Shown piece by piece: positions 30,498-43,300 of a stretch of 64,000 nt of DNA. The stretch spans positions 63,550,001-63,614,000 of the forward strand of contig OX597830.1 of NCBI GenBank assembly GCA_951406725.2, written 5' to 3'. Within the stretch, counting starts at the first letter, position 1. Each line of letters begins with the position of its first letter. Position numbers and translations under genes: made by a program. Source of the stretch: Octopus vulgaris. Taxonomy: Eukaryota. Below the pieces are notes generated by a model that saw only the letters and a program-made list of their open reading frames with translations, did not search any database and had not been told where the DNA came from.

Positions 30498-31271
30498 TTA
30501 TCTGTCTATCATCATCATTATCACTTAACGTTCGGTTTTCATGCTGGCATGATTTGGACAGTTTGACTGGGGACTGGCAAGCCAGGAGGCCCACCAGGCT
30601 CCAATCTGATCTGGCAGTGTTTCTACAGCTGGATGCCCTTCCTAACACCAACTACTCTGAGAGTGTAGTGGATGCTTTTTATGCACCACTGGCACAAGAC
30701 CCAGTCAGGTGGCACTGGCATTGGCCATGTTTGGATGGTGCTTATTGTGTGCCACTGGCACAGAAGCCAGTCGGGGCAGAGAGGCTGGTATCAACCATGT
30801 TCGGATGGTGCTTATTACATGCCACCGGGATGGGGAGCCAGTCAGGTGGCACTGGTATCAGCCATATATATATATATATATATATATAGTATACATATCT
30901 TTATCCTTTATTTTTCAGTCATTATATTGTGGCCATGCCGGGGCATCAGCTTCAAGAACGTGTAGTCGAATGTATCAACTCCAGGGCTTATTTTTTTAAA
31001 GTCTGTTACTAATTCTCTTGGTCTCATTTGCTGAACCACTATGATACAGAGATGTAAATGCACCAGCACTGGTTGTCAAGCGGCATGGTGGTGGTGGTGG
31101 GGGACGGGAGACAAACACAGACACCAAAAGATACACATAAATATAAATAAATATATATATATATATACCGAGTAAACATATAAATGTGAAACAAGGGTGG
31201 AAAAAAGAGTACTCAAATACCAGAGGTAGAGTAATATGCTTTATTTAAAAGCAGCAGAAATTTGACAAAAG

Positions 31272-31309
31272 CTGTTACTCGGAGTTTCACGTTCCCGTTC
31301 ATCGGACAG
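31272..31309 (-). ncRNA. Minimal hammerhead motif, U4C core variant
   Basis: Minus strand: CTGT CCGATGA ACG GGAA CGT GAAAC TCCGA GTA ACAG. GNRA-capped stem II, near-palindromic stem III. Confidence 0.68.
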
Positions 31310-33049
31310 TTTTGTTAAAATAGAACAAAACTGTTGTATTTTAACAAAACTGTCCGACAAACAGGAACGTGAACACATCTTTAATGATATATATATATAT
31401 CATTAAAGATGTGTTAAAGAATTTTTTATTTGTCTGTTTATCATTTGTGTATGTATGTGTGTGTATATATACATATATATACACACAGGGCACAGGTGTA
31501 GCTGTGTGGTAAGAAGCTTGCTTCCCAACCACATGGTTCCAGGTTCAATCCCACTGTGTGGCACCTTGGGTAAGTGTCTTTTACTATAGCCTTGGGCTGA
31601 CCAAAGCCTTGTGAGTGGATTTGGTAGACAGAAACTGAAAGAAGCCCGTTGTATTTATGTATATATATGTATGTGTGTGTTTGTGTTCGTCCCCCCAACA
31701 TCGCTTGACAACCGATGCTGGTGTGTTTACTTCCCCCGTAACTTAGCGGTTCGGCAAAAGGGACTGATAGAATAAATGTTAGGCAAGTCCTGGGGTTGAT
31801 TTGTTCGTCCAAAGGTGGTGCTGCAGCATGGCCGCAGTCAAATGCCTGAAAGAAGTAAAAGAATAAAAGATATATATATATATATGAAAACGTGTATGCT
31901 ATGTGTGTATTTGTATTAGCATTGTGCTGTGTTATTAGCTTAGCTTCCAGTGTTAACTGACTTTGTTGTGAGGAATTCTGTGGAAGATGGATGTGTCACC
32001 TACATGCATCCCCACCCATGCACAACGCACACACACACACATTCTGTATTGATTGACAGTATGTGTGCATGATGAGTGTGTGTATATAAATATCAAAGTA
32101 TATTAAAGTCCTGCAGGGGCATTTGTTTTAAATTAGCTCCATTTGTTGTTTTGATTGATGGCTTAGATGTCAGACCAATGAATGATATCAAGTACCTTGT
32201 TATTCTCTGTGGCAAGTGGGTGGTGAACAAGGGTGATGGGGAGATGGGTGGCCCCAGCAGTCATGTGAACCCAGTAATTTCAATATTCGGTACAACTTTA
32301 ATATCTTTGAGTGACCCCGATTAAACATTATGATTGATATTTTGACCTCATTCTTTATTCTTTCTCTCTGATTTAGGAAGGAATTTAATATATGTCTTGA
32401 TTCATTCATCTCCATTCCCCTTCATTATCACAGCTGGGGGCTCATCCTAACCCTTTACACTTCAACCTTTACCTTCCGTCTACCAAATCCCATCTCAAGG
32501 CTTTGGTTAGCCCATAGATAGAATAGGAAATACTTGCTGAAGGTGCCATACAAAGGGACTGAACCTAGAACCATGTGGTCAGGAAGGAAACTCAAACACA
32601 GCCACACGTGCACCTTTAGTGTGTGTGTGCGTGTGTATGTGTAAATGTTTGTTTTTAAGTTCAGTTGTAATAAAAACAATTTTACACTAATCTGATTGGT
32701 TACTCTATACTTTTGGAGAGAGTACAAATTTATTATTCTTAAACGAGAATATTGTTGACTGTGACTTTGAAGTTTCGGCCAGCTAAACCATTTTTGAACT
32801 GTTAAGCCATCGACTAGCACAGTCATTGTCAAATGATGGGTTGGCTGGCTGAAACTTCAAAGTTCCCATCAATAGCACTCTTGTATAAGAATAATATCAC
32901 GGAGTGGTTGGCATTAGGAAGGGCATCCAGCTGTAGAAACTCTGCCAGATCAGACTAGAGCCTGGTGCAGCCCCTGGCTTCCCAGACCCCAGTCAAACCG
33001 TCCAACCCGTGCTAGCACGGAAAACAGACGTTAAACGATGATGATGATG

Positions 33050-33096
<47 letters not shown>

Positions 33097-33110
33097 TAGA
33101 TACATATGTT

Positions 33111-33444
33111 ATAATGGAATAATTACTGTGAGACATTGTTTAGAATATATTGTATAAAGGATCGTGGATACGGCCAGAACAATGCGAAGTAAATGCAAGG
33201 CATATCCCAAGAAAACAAATATGTGAATTAATGTAGACTTACCTTGCATTCACTATTTCAGGGTTATGACCCCATTTTTGAAGAAACTGACGAATGTTGC
33301 TGTCAGTTTCTTGAAAATGGGGTCATTACCCTGAAATATTGAATGCAAGGTAAGCCTACATTAATTCACATATTTGCTTTCTTGTGATTTGCCTTGCATT
33401 TACTTCACATTGTTCTGGCCTTACCCACAATCCTTTATACAATA

Positions 33445-33445
<1 letters not shown>
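33111..33445. mobile_element. Penelope-like non-autonomous fold-back element (copy 2, same family)
   Basis: Same left tail (ataatggaataattact...) as the 29411 copy, but folds back earlier, near 33296. Confidence 0.7.
33308..33343 (+). ncRNA. Minimal hammerhead motif, U3-A8 compensatory variant
   Basis: TTC TTGAAAA T GGGGT CATT ACCCT GAAAT ATT GAA. The same motif recurs at 29548-29583 (-), 29902-29938 (+, degenerate) and in the mirror arm near 33250-33285 (-). Confidence 0.6.
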
Positions 33446-33483
<38 letters not shown>

Positions 33484-33564
33484 TTTGAGGGAATATTATT
33501 CCTAACTTACAGGGAAAAATTCAATTTAGAAATACTAAATCAAATTTCACAAAATATAATATAT

Positions 33565-33853
33565 ATATAAAAATTAGAAAAAAACACCTTTTATCAATTC
33601 AAAATGAACAATTAAATTACACCATCTAGAAAATTACATATAATGGAAATATAGAAAATAAAATAACAATAACATACTGATGATTAAGTAAATTGCAAAA
33701 TAATAATAAAAACATTTTTATTATTATTTTGCAATTTACTTAATCATCGGTATATTATTGTTATTTTAATTTTGATATTTCTATTATATGTAATTTTCTA
33801 GATGGTGTAATTTAATTGTTTATTTTGAATTGATAAAAGGTGGTTTTCTTCTA

Positions 33854-33862
<9 letters not shown>
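33565..33862. repeat. About 300-bp AT-rich fold-back element
   Basis: Arms mirror around 33714, e.g. aattaaattacaccatctagaaaattacatataat and attatatgtaattttctagatggtgtaatttaatt. Confidence 0.75.
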
Positions 33863-33888
<26 letters not shown>

Positions 33889-35577
33889 ATCTACATTGTC
33901 ATTGTCATCATTGTTTTAAAGGGTTTTATTGAGAAGTTCATTGAGGCAGATTTTCTATGGCCATCTGCCCTTCCTGTTGCCAATCTTTGCTTGTTTCAAA
34001 GGGAGGTAATATTTTTCCATGGTTAATTATTGGAAATGAATGACATTCATTTATTACAATTTTGCAATGTCAAGACCGGGAAACAAAAACATACTACACT
34101 CACACAAATACACTTATATCCATGCATGCATGCGTACATATATACATACATGATAGCCTTTCATTTGCTGTCTTTCAAATCCTCTTACAAAGCTTTAGTT
34201 GGCCTGGATCTTTAGTAGAAGACATAAAGGTGCCTTGCATTGGGATTGAACCTGAAACCATATGGTTGAGAAGCAGACTTCTTAAGCAAGCAACCACATG
34301 TACACTGCACAGGGTGCAGTAAAAAAATGTCTCAAATTTTGCAGGCTGACAATTGTTTCAACAGCAGTGCACCATTTTCACCAGTTCAAACTGTGATGAC
34401 AGAAAACAGAAAGGAAAAAAAAACGGTAAAACATGAGTTTTATGAAGACACCAATATTTTCCACCTAACTTCACTGGTGCCACAGTAACAGTTGTGTAAA
34501 CTATGGAAGGTTTTTCTGCCACACCCTTGTACGATAGGTTTGAGCTTGTTTCATTGGTTTGTTTCCTCCACATAGTTGCCATAGCTCTTATTAATTACTT
34601 ATTGACTACTTTCATCATCATCATCATCATACTTTAACATCCGTTGTCTTTGTTGGTACGAGTTGGACAGTTTGACCAGAGCTGGCAAGACGGAGAATGG
34701 CACCAGGTTCCAGTCTGATATGGCAAGGTCTCTACGGCTGGATGCTTTTCTTAATGCCAACCACTTAACAGTGTGTGCCGATTGCTTTGAATATGGCTCC
34801 AGCATGAGCGCTTATACGGGATACTCTCATAGAACTCTCGCAGGCCAATCCTTTTCCCCAGAGGTTCTGGTCTTAACACTTCTGTTGTGGAGGACAGGTC
34901 TTCTTGAGTACAGCAAGGTGCCAGGTATTTCGGTTCCTTGTCTTTGATAAATATTCCATTTATAGATGAATAAGATGTGTGTATGGAGAAAACTAATGAA
35001 GAACACCCTCTCCCAATGCATTGGCCCTATGTGGAAGGGATTAACCCCACCACCCATTTTTGAAGTGGACCCAATCTACTGGAAAGAACTACCTCTTGTA
35101 TGTAGTTCTTAAGTTCTGCAAAGAACTGCTTTCACTTTCCTATCCATTTCTTGTGAGGTTATCACAGGTGTTATCATGGATTATATTTGCCTATCTAGGA
35201 TGGACTAACTTACAGGTCTACTCAACTTCTTCCCCATCTCATCAACAAGATTACTGTAATCAACTTCCAAGATTTGTACCTGTCTGTGCCAAATCTTCAT
35301 GAACTTTCAGCCTCTAGATTTTCTTGGTTTTCTGCTAAATTTATGTATTTCTTTATTCTCTTCTGTATAAATATATTAGTTTCAATTTTTGGCACAAGGC
35401 TAGCAAATTGAGGGAAGGGGCCAAGTTGATTACATCAACTCCAGTGCTCAACTAGAGCTTATTTCATCAACCCCAAAAGGATGAAAGGCAAAGTTGACCT
35501 CAGTGGAATTTGAAATCAAAATGTAGCCACAGACAAAATACTGCAAAGCATACTTTTCTGTATGCATATATTATAAA

Positions 35578-36224
35578 CTAGCATTATGACCCATGATTGC
35601 CGGGTCATAGTGCTAGTGCATGTATATATGTGTATATATATGTGTACATCTTACATGTACATCTATATATATACATCTACACATAAAATACAAAATACAA
35701 AGTTATATCTTGATACCGCTAGTGATAACAATACTAAAAACATATAACAGACTGGAATTGTAGGACTATTCCATTTCTGCACGCTAATTTTATTTTTAAT
35801 TTATTCCCATTCATGTGAAACCACTTATTCAAGTTCAAATCCTTGATGCAATTTTATACCAATTGCTATTTTTACTTTTGTAATGTTACGATTATATTAT
35901 ACTTTAGTTTGAGTTTAATTATTACTTACTACATATAATTCAATTGTTATTATTATTTTTATAGTTAAAGTGAAAGTATCTAACATAAAATCGAGAAATA
36001 GTTTTGTTTCACTTTTAACACATGATACTGAAATAGTGGAGAAGATATGATATTGCTATGGGCTCACCCTAGGCAAGAAGTTAAACATTTCTTTTTGCCG
36101 ATGACACTCCCCGGACCCTAAGTAAGGCATGTGTAAAATCTGAATGAAATTGGTTGTGTAGTTCTCAAGTTTTAGGGAAACACAGACAGACAGACACACA
36201 TTCTCAGTTTTATATATATAGAGA
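35578..36224 (-). mobile_element. Non-autonomous Helitron-like element
   Basis: On the - strand it starts TC(TC)TATATATATAAAACTG and ends in a GACCC/GGGTC hairpin plus CTAG, between A and T. Its 5' end is shared with the 63556 element. Confidence 0.65.
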
Positions 36225-36315
36225 TGACTTGATGCCTTGGAACTGCCAGTTCATGTTTCATTTTAATATTCCTACATTATCTCCACCTGTCCATTGCCTA
36301 TAGCCAGTTCATATA

Positions 36316-37050
36316 CAGTTGTGGCCAAAAGTTTGGAACATAGGTCTGAAAATTATAATTTTTATATTAAATACCTAAAGTTATACAGTTCTATATTTAA
36401 GAGATGAGGAATTATGTACATTATTTACATTCAACAGATATTTATCCTCATCTTGTTTGTTGTTAAAACAACATTTCAGCTGGTATATCCTCCAGCTTAC
36501 ATCAGGTGTTTCGAGGAAATTTCTCATTCCTAAGGTATTTTTCGATTTTGTTATTATTATCATCATTATTATTATTATTCAGGTCACTGCCTGGAATCGA
36601 ATTCAGAATCTTGGGGTTAGTAGCCCGTACTCTTAACCACTATGCCATATGCCCACGGGCATATGGCGTAGTGGTTAAAAGCGCAGGCTACTAACCCCAA
36701 GATTCCGAGTTCGATTCCAGGCAGTGACCTGAATAATAATAATAATAATAGCAATGAAAAATGCCTTAGGAATGAGAACCCAGGTTCGAAGGCTGGAGGG
36801 TATATCAGCCGAAATGTTGTATTAACAACAAAGAAGATGAGGACAAATATCTGTCAAATGTAAATAATGTAAATAATGTAAATAATGTACCTAAAGTTAT
36901 ATTTAATTTGTTATATATTATTACCTGGCCAAAAGATATTAAAATATAAGGTAATTATATCCCTACATTGTATATGTTTTCAACCAAATTGTACTTGGGA
37001 ATAGCAATTTTAAATCTTAAAAAAATGTTCCAAACTTGTGACCACAACTG
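36316..37050. mobile_element. Tc1-like MITE hosting the tRNA/hammerhead fold-back insertion
   Basis: TA-CAGTTGTGGCCAAAAGTTTGGAACAT ... ATGTTCCAAACTTGTGACCACAACTG terminal inverted repeats. Confidence 0.75.
36386..36887. mobile_element. Fold-back element with two back-to-back tRNA-like Pol III heads and a hammerhead relic, 14-bp TSD
   Basis: Inverted repeat centred on 36655-36656. A-box TGGCGTAGTGG at 36664-36674 and B-box GAGTTCGATTCC at 36707-36718, mirrored on the - strand. Hammerhead relic at 36466-36509 (-). TSD TACCTAAAGTTATA at 36372-36385 and 36888-36901. Confidence 0.8.
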
Positions 37051-37228
37051 TTATGTGGAAATTGAAAGGAATCTAGGCATGGATGAATGGCTCTGTTGTT
37101 TGCTAGGCATGGACTTTTTATCTTATGGGTGATGATGCAGTTATCACCTGATATTTTCATCTCTCTTCTTTCATTCTATTTCATTTTAATCCCATTCTCA
37201 ATCTTATTTTATTCCGTATGTTTTGCAG

Positions 37229-37364
37229 CTATCTTTGGCCAGTACCTTAAGGAAACCATGTTGTATGAACACAATAACAAAACCAAAAGGAAAGTTCCTT
37301 ATATAATCGAAGCTTGTGTCAAATTTCTTGAAGAACATGGATTGGAAACTGAAGGTGTATATAG
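37229..37364 (+). CDS. ARHGAP22/24/25-like RhoGAP, coding exon C (start of RhoGAP domain)
   Basis: ttttgcAG acceptor. (A)IFGQYLKETMLYEHNNKTKRKVPYIIEACVKFLEEHGLETEGVYR. Donor AG|GTAATT (phase 2) splits the arginine-finger codon. Confidence 0.95.
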
Positions 37365-38948
37365 GTAATTATGAATTCTTTTAATTTACACAAACACAGC
37401 CACATGCATATGTGCACGCACACATGCACACCCCTCCATGCATGCACACACACATGTATATGCCCTTACTTCTCTGGGATGCCCTCTAGACTTTCTTTCC
37501 CTTACTGCACTCACTACATCTATCCACATCTCCCCCAAACCCTCTTTCTCCCCATCCCCATCCCATTATGTCCCCAATCAGGATTTCTCCATTGCCTCTC
37601 CGTCTGGGATGCTTTCTCAATATTCACACACTGCTTTTCCTTATCTCCACTACCTCTTTGGTCCCTCTTTCCCTCATTGCTCTTCGGCTTCTCTTTCCCA
37701 TATTGTTCTCATTGTACACTCCCACTGCTCCCTTATCCTCTGCCACATTTTCTTTGACTGCATTCTCTGCCCCTACAGCTTCTCTGCCCCTCAACACTCC
37801 TCACCTTTTCCCCTCCCTTTTTGGCCTATGACTCCCTCACTCCTCTTTCCTTCAATGACTTTCACAGGACTCTTCACCACCCTACACCATTGCTCTCTTC
37901 CCTTCCCTCTCTCTCACATCTTCCATCCATACTGGCTCTTATAACACAGAATAGCCCAAGGATCCCTCCTACACAACTAACCCAATCACCTTTCCACTCT
38001 GTCTCCTCCCATTTTCTCAGTAACCTTTGGCACTAAACCCTTCCTCTGCCATTCTCCCCACTCCCTCATTAGTGACTACCCTACTACACTCCCCTATTTT
38101 ATTATAGCTATAAACCCGTTCTTCTAAGCTTACTTAGAATGTGTTTGAAAGTTGTGGTTTGTTTGGTTTATTTGTTCCCAAGCAACACCTATTTTAGTGC
38201 TGTTGACACTGCCGGATTGAATGGTACTGCTCAGGTGTTGAAACCATAATGATATCTGTGGGGCAGCTGATGATGGAGGTATGTTGGATTGTTGGTATGG
38301 CTGTTTTTGTATATGTGGAATAGTGTTATAACACATCCTTTTGATATATATATATATATATATATATATGTCGGTGGCACATAAAATCACCCACTACACT
38401 CTCGGAGTGGTTGGCGTTAGGAAAGGCATCTAGCTGTAGAAACACTGCCAGATCCGACTGGCCTGGTGCAGCCTTCGGGCTCCCCAGACCCCAGTTGAAC
38501 CGTCCAACCCATGCTAGCATGGAAAGCGGACGTTAAATGATGATGATGATGATGATGATGATGATATATATATATATATATAAGAGGAGAATTCACAAAA
38601 GATCAAAAGATGAAGACAGGTGGTGTAGACAACACACAGATGTATTAGTTTAACGCACTCGGGAAGTGAAAAAGTTTTTAACGTTTTGAGCCTATGCTCT
38701 TTCACAGAAAGGAACACAGAAAGAAACAAGGAGAGAAAATAGAGAAAAAAAATATAAATATAAATATATATATATATATATGTGTGTGTGTGTATATATA
38801 TATGATACATCCGTTTATCTATATATCTGTTTGTACTTACTTCAATCTAACTTTACCTAACTATGCGTATCTATTTATCTCATTCTCTCATACCTATTCC
38901 ATCCCTCTCTCTTTTACGCACATTCTCACATACACTCTCTCATTCACA

Positions 38949-38979
<31 letters not shown>

Positions 38980-39448
38980 ACACACACACGCACAAACACA
39001 CACACACATGATCTCTCACACTTTCACCCTCATATTTACACATACACAAACACATTTTAGTTGATTAACTTATTCATTATGCAATCCACCTCCGAATTCA
39101 TTACCAATGCACAATCTTACTAAAGAGACCCTTTATCTCTCTTCAAAAGAGACAGCCCCTTTAGTGGTTACTCATTGCACTCTGTAAAGTGGTTGGTTAT
39201 AGGAAAGGCATTCACCTATCAAAACATGTCAAAAGGAAATATTTCAGTGAGATTTGAACTCAGCAAGATGCATTGTTATCTTCTTGTTTGAAATGGATTT
39301 AATTATCATCATCATCATCATCGTATAATGTCCACCTTCCATGCTAGCATGGGTTGGCTGGTTTGACAGGATCTTTTGTGTCTGTTTTGGCAAGGTTTTT
39401 TTCAGCTGGATGTCCTTCCTAACACCAACCACCTGGTAGAGTGGACAA

Positions 39449-40120
39449 ATCATCATCATCATCGTTTAACGTCCGCTTTCCATGCTAGCATGGGTTGGAC
39501 GGTTCAACTGGGGTCTGGGGAGCCCGAAGGCTGCACCAGGCCAGTCAGATCTGGCAGTGTTTCTACAGCTGGATGCCCTTCCTAACGCCAACCACTCCGA
39601 GAGTGTAGTGGGTGATTTTATGTGCCACTGACACAGGTGCCAGACGAGGCTGGCGAACGGCCACGCTTGGATGGTGTTTTTATGTGCCACCGACACAGAC
39701 GAGGCTGGCGAACGGCCACGATTGGATGGTGTTTGTTACGTGCCCACAGCATGGAGGCCAGTCGATGCGGTACTGGCTACGGCCACGTTCGGATGGTTTT
39801 CTTATGTGCCACCGGCACTGGCACCACAAAGATACAAATTCCATTGATGTTCATCTATTTTGATTTGGTTTGATTTTGTTTGATTTTCACTTGCCTCAAC
39901 AGGTCTTCACAAGTGTCCCAAGAAGGAAGGTATGCACAGGTGGACTGGCTACGTCCCTGGTAGGGGCCACGGGTTATGGCCTCACTAGTCTTGCTGGGTC
40001 TTCTCACGCACAGCATACTTCCCTAGGTCTCAGTCTCTAGTCATTTCCTTTGGTGAGACCTAAAGTTCAAAGGTCGTGCTTCACCACCTCGTCCCAGGTT
40101 TTCCTGGGTCTACTTCTAGG
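39449..40120 (-). mobile_element. RTE-like LINE 3' end with long tandem-repeat-bearing 3' UTR and (GAT)n tail
   Basis: RSRPRKTWDEVVKHDL relic at about 40070-40118 joins the abundant GGCGTTAGGAAGGGCATCCAGC...CATGCTAGCATGG(GAT)n repeat. Shorter copies lie near 17685, 18330, 23140, 25456, 28895, 30508, 32895, 38370, 44068, 47264 and 55040. Confidence 0.75.
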
Positions 40121-40319
40121 AATTCATGGAAGTCCTTAGTTTTCTTCATATGGCATCATCCTCTCGCTTGTGTTTTGCAACATGATGAAATGTAACCAGT
40201 TCTCAATGTAAGACATACGCAACAACAAAGTTGGTCCGTTTTCTCAATTGCTGTGTGTGAGCTGAAGGTTATAACAAACTGTCCAACCCATGCCACCATG
40301 GAAAAAAAACAGACATAAA

Positions 40320-43300
40320 ATGATGATGATGATGATAGTAGGGGCAGTGGCAGTGGTAGTGGTGGCTGTAATGATGATGATGATAGTAGGGGCAGTGGCA
40401 GTGGTAGTGGTGGCTGTAATGATGATGATGATGATGATGATAATGATAGTAGGGGCAGTGGCAGTGGTAGTGGTGGCTGTAATGATGATGATGATGATAA
40501 TGATAGTAGGGGCAGTGGCAGTGGTAGTGGTGGCTGTAATGATGATGATGATGATGATGATAATGATAGTAGGGGCAGTGGCAGTGGTAGTGGTGGCTGT
40601 AATGATGATGATGATGATGATGATAATGATAGTAGGGGCAGTGGCAGTGGTAGTGGTGGCTGTAATGATGATGATGATGATGATGATGATGATAGTAGGG
40701 GCAGTGGCAGTGGTAGTGGTGGCTGTAATGATGATGATGATGATGATGATAATGATAGTAGGGGCAGTGGCAGTGGTAGTGGTGGCTGTAATGATGATGA
40801 TGATGATGATGATGATGATAGTAGGGGCAGTGGCAGTGGTAGTGGTGGCTGTAATGATGATGATGATGATGATGATAATGATAGTAGGGGCAGTGGCAGT
40901 GGTAGTGGTGGCTGTAATGATGATGATGATGATGATGATGATAATGATAGTAGGGGCAGTGGCAGTGGTAGTGGTGGCTGTAATGATGATGATGATGATG
41001 ATGATGATGATAGTAGGGGCAGTGGCAGTGGTAGTGGTGGCTGTAATGATGATGATGATGATGATGATGATGATAGTAGGGGCAGTGGCAGTGGTAGTGG
41101 TGGCTGTAATGATGATGATGATGATGATGATAATGATAGTAGGGGCAGTGGCAGTGGTAGTGGTGGCTGTAATGATGATGATGATGATGATGATGATGAT
41201 AGTAGGGGCAGTGGCAGTGGTAGTGGTGGCTGTAATGATGATGATGATGATGATGATAATGATAGTAGGGGCAGTGGCAGTGGTAGTGGTGGCTGTAATG
41301 ATGATGATGATGATGATGATGATGATAGTAGGGGCAGTGGCAGTGGTAGTGGTGGCTGTAATGATGATGATGATGATGATGATGATGATAGTAGGGGCAG
41401 TGGCAGTGGTAGTGGTGGCTGTAATGATGATGATGATGATGATGATAATGATAGTAGGGGCAGTGGCAGTGGTAGTGGTGGCTGTAATGATGATGATGAT
41501 GATGATGATGATGATAGTAGGGGCAGTGGCAGTGGTAGTGGTGGCTGTAATGATGATGATGATGATGATGATGATGATAGTAGGGGCAGTGGCAGTGGTA
41601 GTGGTGGCTGTAATGATGATGATGATGATGATGATGATGATAGTAGGGGCAGTGGCAGTGGTAGTGGTGGCTGTAATGATGATGATGATGATGATGATGA
41701 TGATAGTAGGGGCAGTGGCAGTGGTAGTGGTGGCTGTAATGATGATGATGATGATGATGATGATGATAGTAGGGGCAGTGGCAGTGGTAGTGGTGGCTGT
41801 AATGATGATGATGATGATGATGATGATGATAGTAGGGGCAGTGGCAGTGGTAGTGGTGGCTGTAATGATGATGATGATGATGATGATGATGATAGTAGGG
41901 GCAGTGGCAGTGGTAGTGGTGGCTGTAATGATGATGATGATGATGATGATGATGATAGTAGGGGCAGTGGCAGTGGTAGTGGTGGCTGTAATGATGATGA
42001 TGATGATGATGATGATGATAGTAGGGGCAGTGGCAGTGGTAGTGGTGGCTGTAATGATGATGATGATGATGATGATGATGATAGTAGGGGCAGTGGCAGT
42101 GGTAGTGGTGGCTGTAATGATGATGATGATGATGATGATGATGATAGTAGGGGCAGTGGCAGTGGTAGTGGTGGCTGTAATGATGATGATGATGATGATG
42201 ATGATGATAGTAGGGGCAGTGGCAGTGGTAGTGGTGGCTGTAATGATGATGATGATGATGATGATAATGATAGTAGGGGCAGTGGCAGTGGTAGTGGTGG
42301 CTGTAATGATGATGATGATGATGATGATGATGATAGTAGGGGCAGTGGCAGTGGTAGTGGTGGCTGTAATGATGATGATGATGATGATGATGATGATAGT
42401 AGGGGCAGTGGCAGTGGTAGTGGTGGCTGTAATGATGATGATGATGATGATGATGATGATAGTAGGGGCAGTGGCAGTGGTAGTGGTGGCTGTAATGATG
42501 ATGATGATGATGATGATGATGATAGTAGGGGCAGTGGCAGTGGTAGTGGTGGCTGTAATGATGATGATGATGATGATGATGATGATAGTAGGGGCAGTGG
42601 CAGTGGTAGTGGTGGCTGTAATGATGATGATGATGATGATGATGATGATAGTAGGGGCAGTGGCAGTGGTAGTGGTGGCTGTAATGATGATGATGATGAT
42701 GATGATGATGATAGTAGGGGCAGTGGCAGTGGTAGTGGTGGCTGTAATGATGATGATGATGATGATGATGATGATAGTAGGGGCAGTGGCAGTGGTAGTG
42801 GTGGCTGTAATGATGATGATGATGATGATGATGATGATAGTAGGGGCAGTGGCAGTGGTAGTGGTGGCTGTAATGATGATGATGATGATGATGATGATGA
42901 TAGTAGGGGCAGTGGCAGTGGTAGTGGTGGCTGTAATGATGATGATGATGATGATGATGATGATAGTAGGGGCAGTGGCAGTGGTAGTGGTGGCTGTAAT
43001 GATGATGATGATGATGATGATGATGATAGTAGGGGCAGTGGCAGTGGTAGTGGTGGCTGTAATGATGATGATGATGATGATGATGATGATAGTAGGGGCA
43101 GTGGCAGTGGTAGTGGTGGCTGTAATGACGATGATGATGATGATGATGATGATAGTAGGGGCAGTGGCAGTGGTAGTGGTGGCTGTAATGATGATGATGA
43201 TGATGATGATGATAATGATAGTAGGGGCAGTGGCAGTGGTAGTGGTGGCTGTAATGATGATGATGATGATGATGATAATGATAGTAGGGGCAGTGGCAGT

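Noticed and set aside
36657-36730. tRNA gene
   Set aside because: A and B boxes are present but the acceptor stem does not pair. It is the head of a mobile element.
38670-38712. Hammerhead-like relic on - strand (CTGTGAAA GAGC ATAG GCTC AAAAC GTT)
   Set aside because: Stem II is good, but both core segments are altered. It cannot be called without a family consensus.
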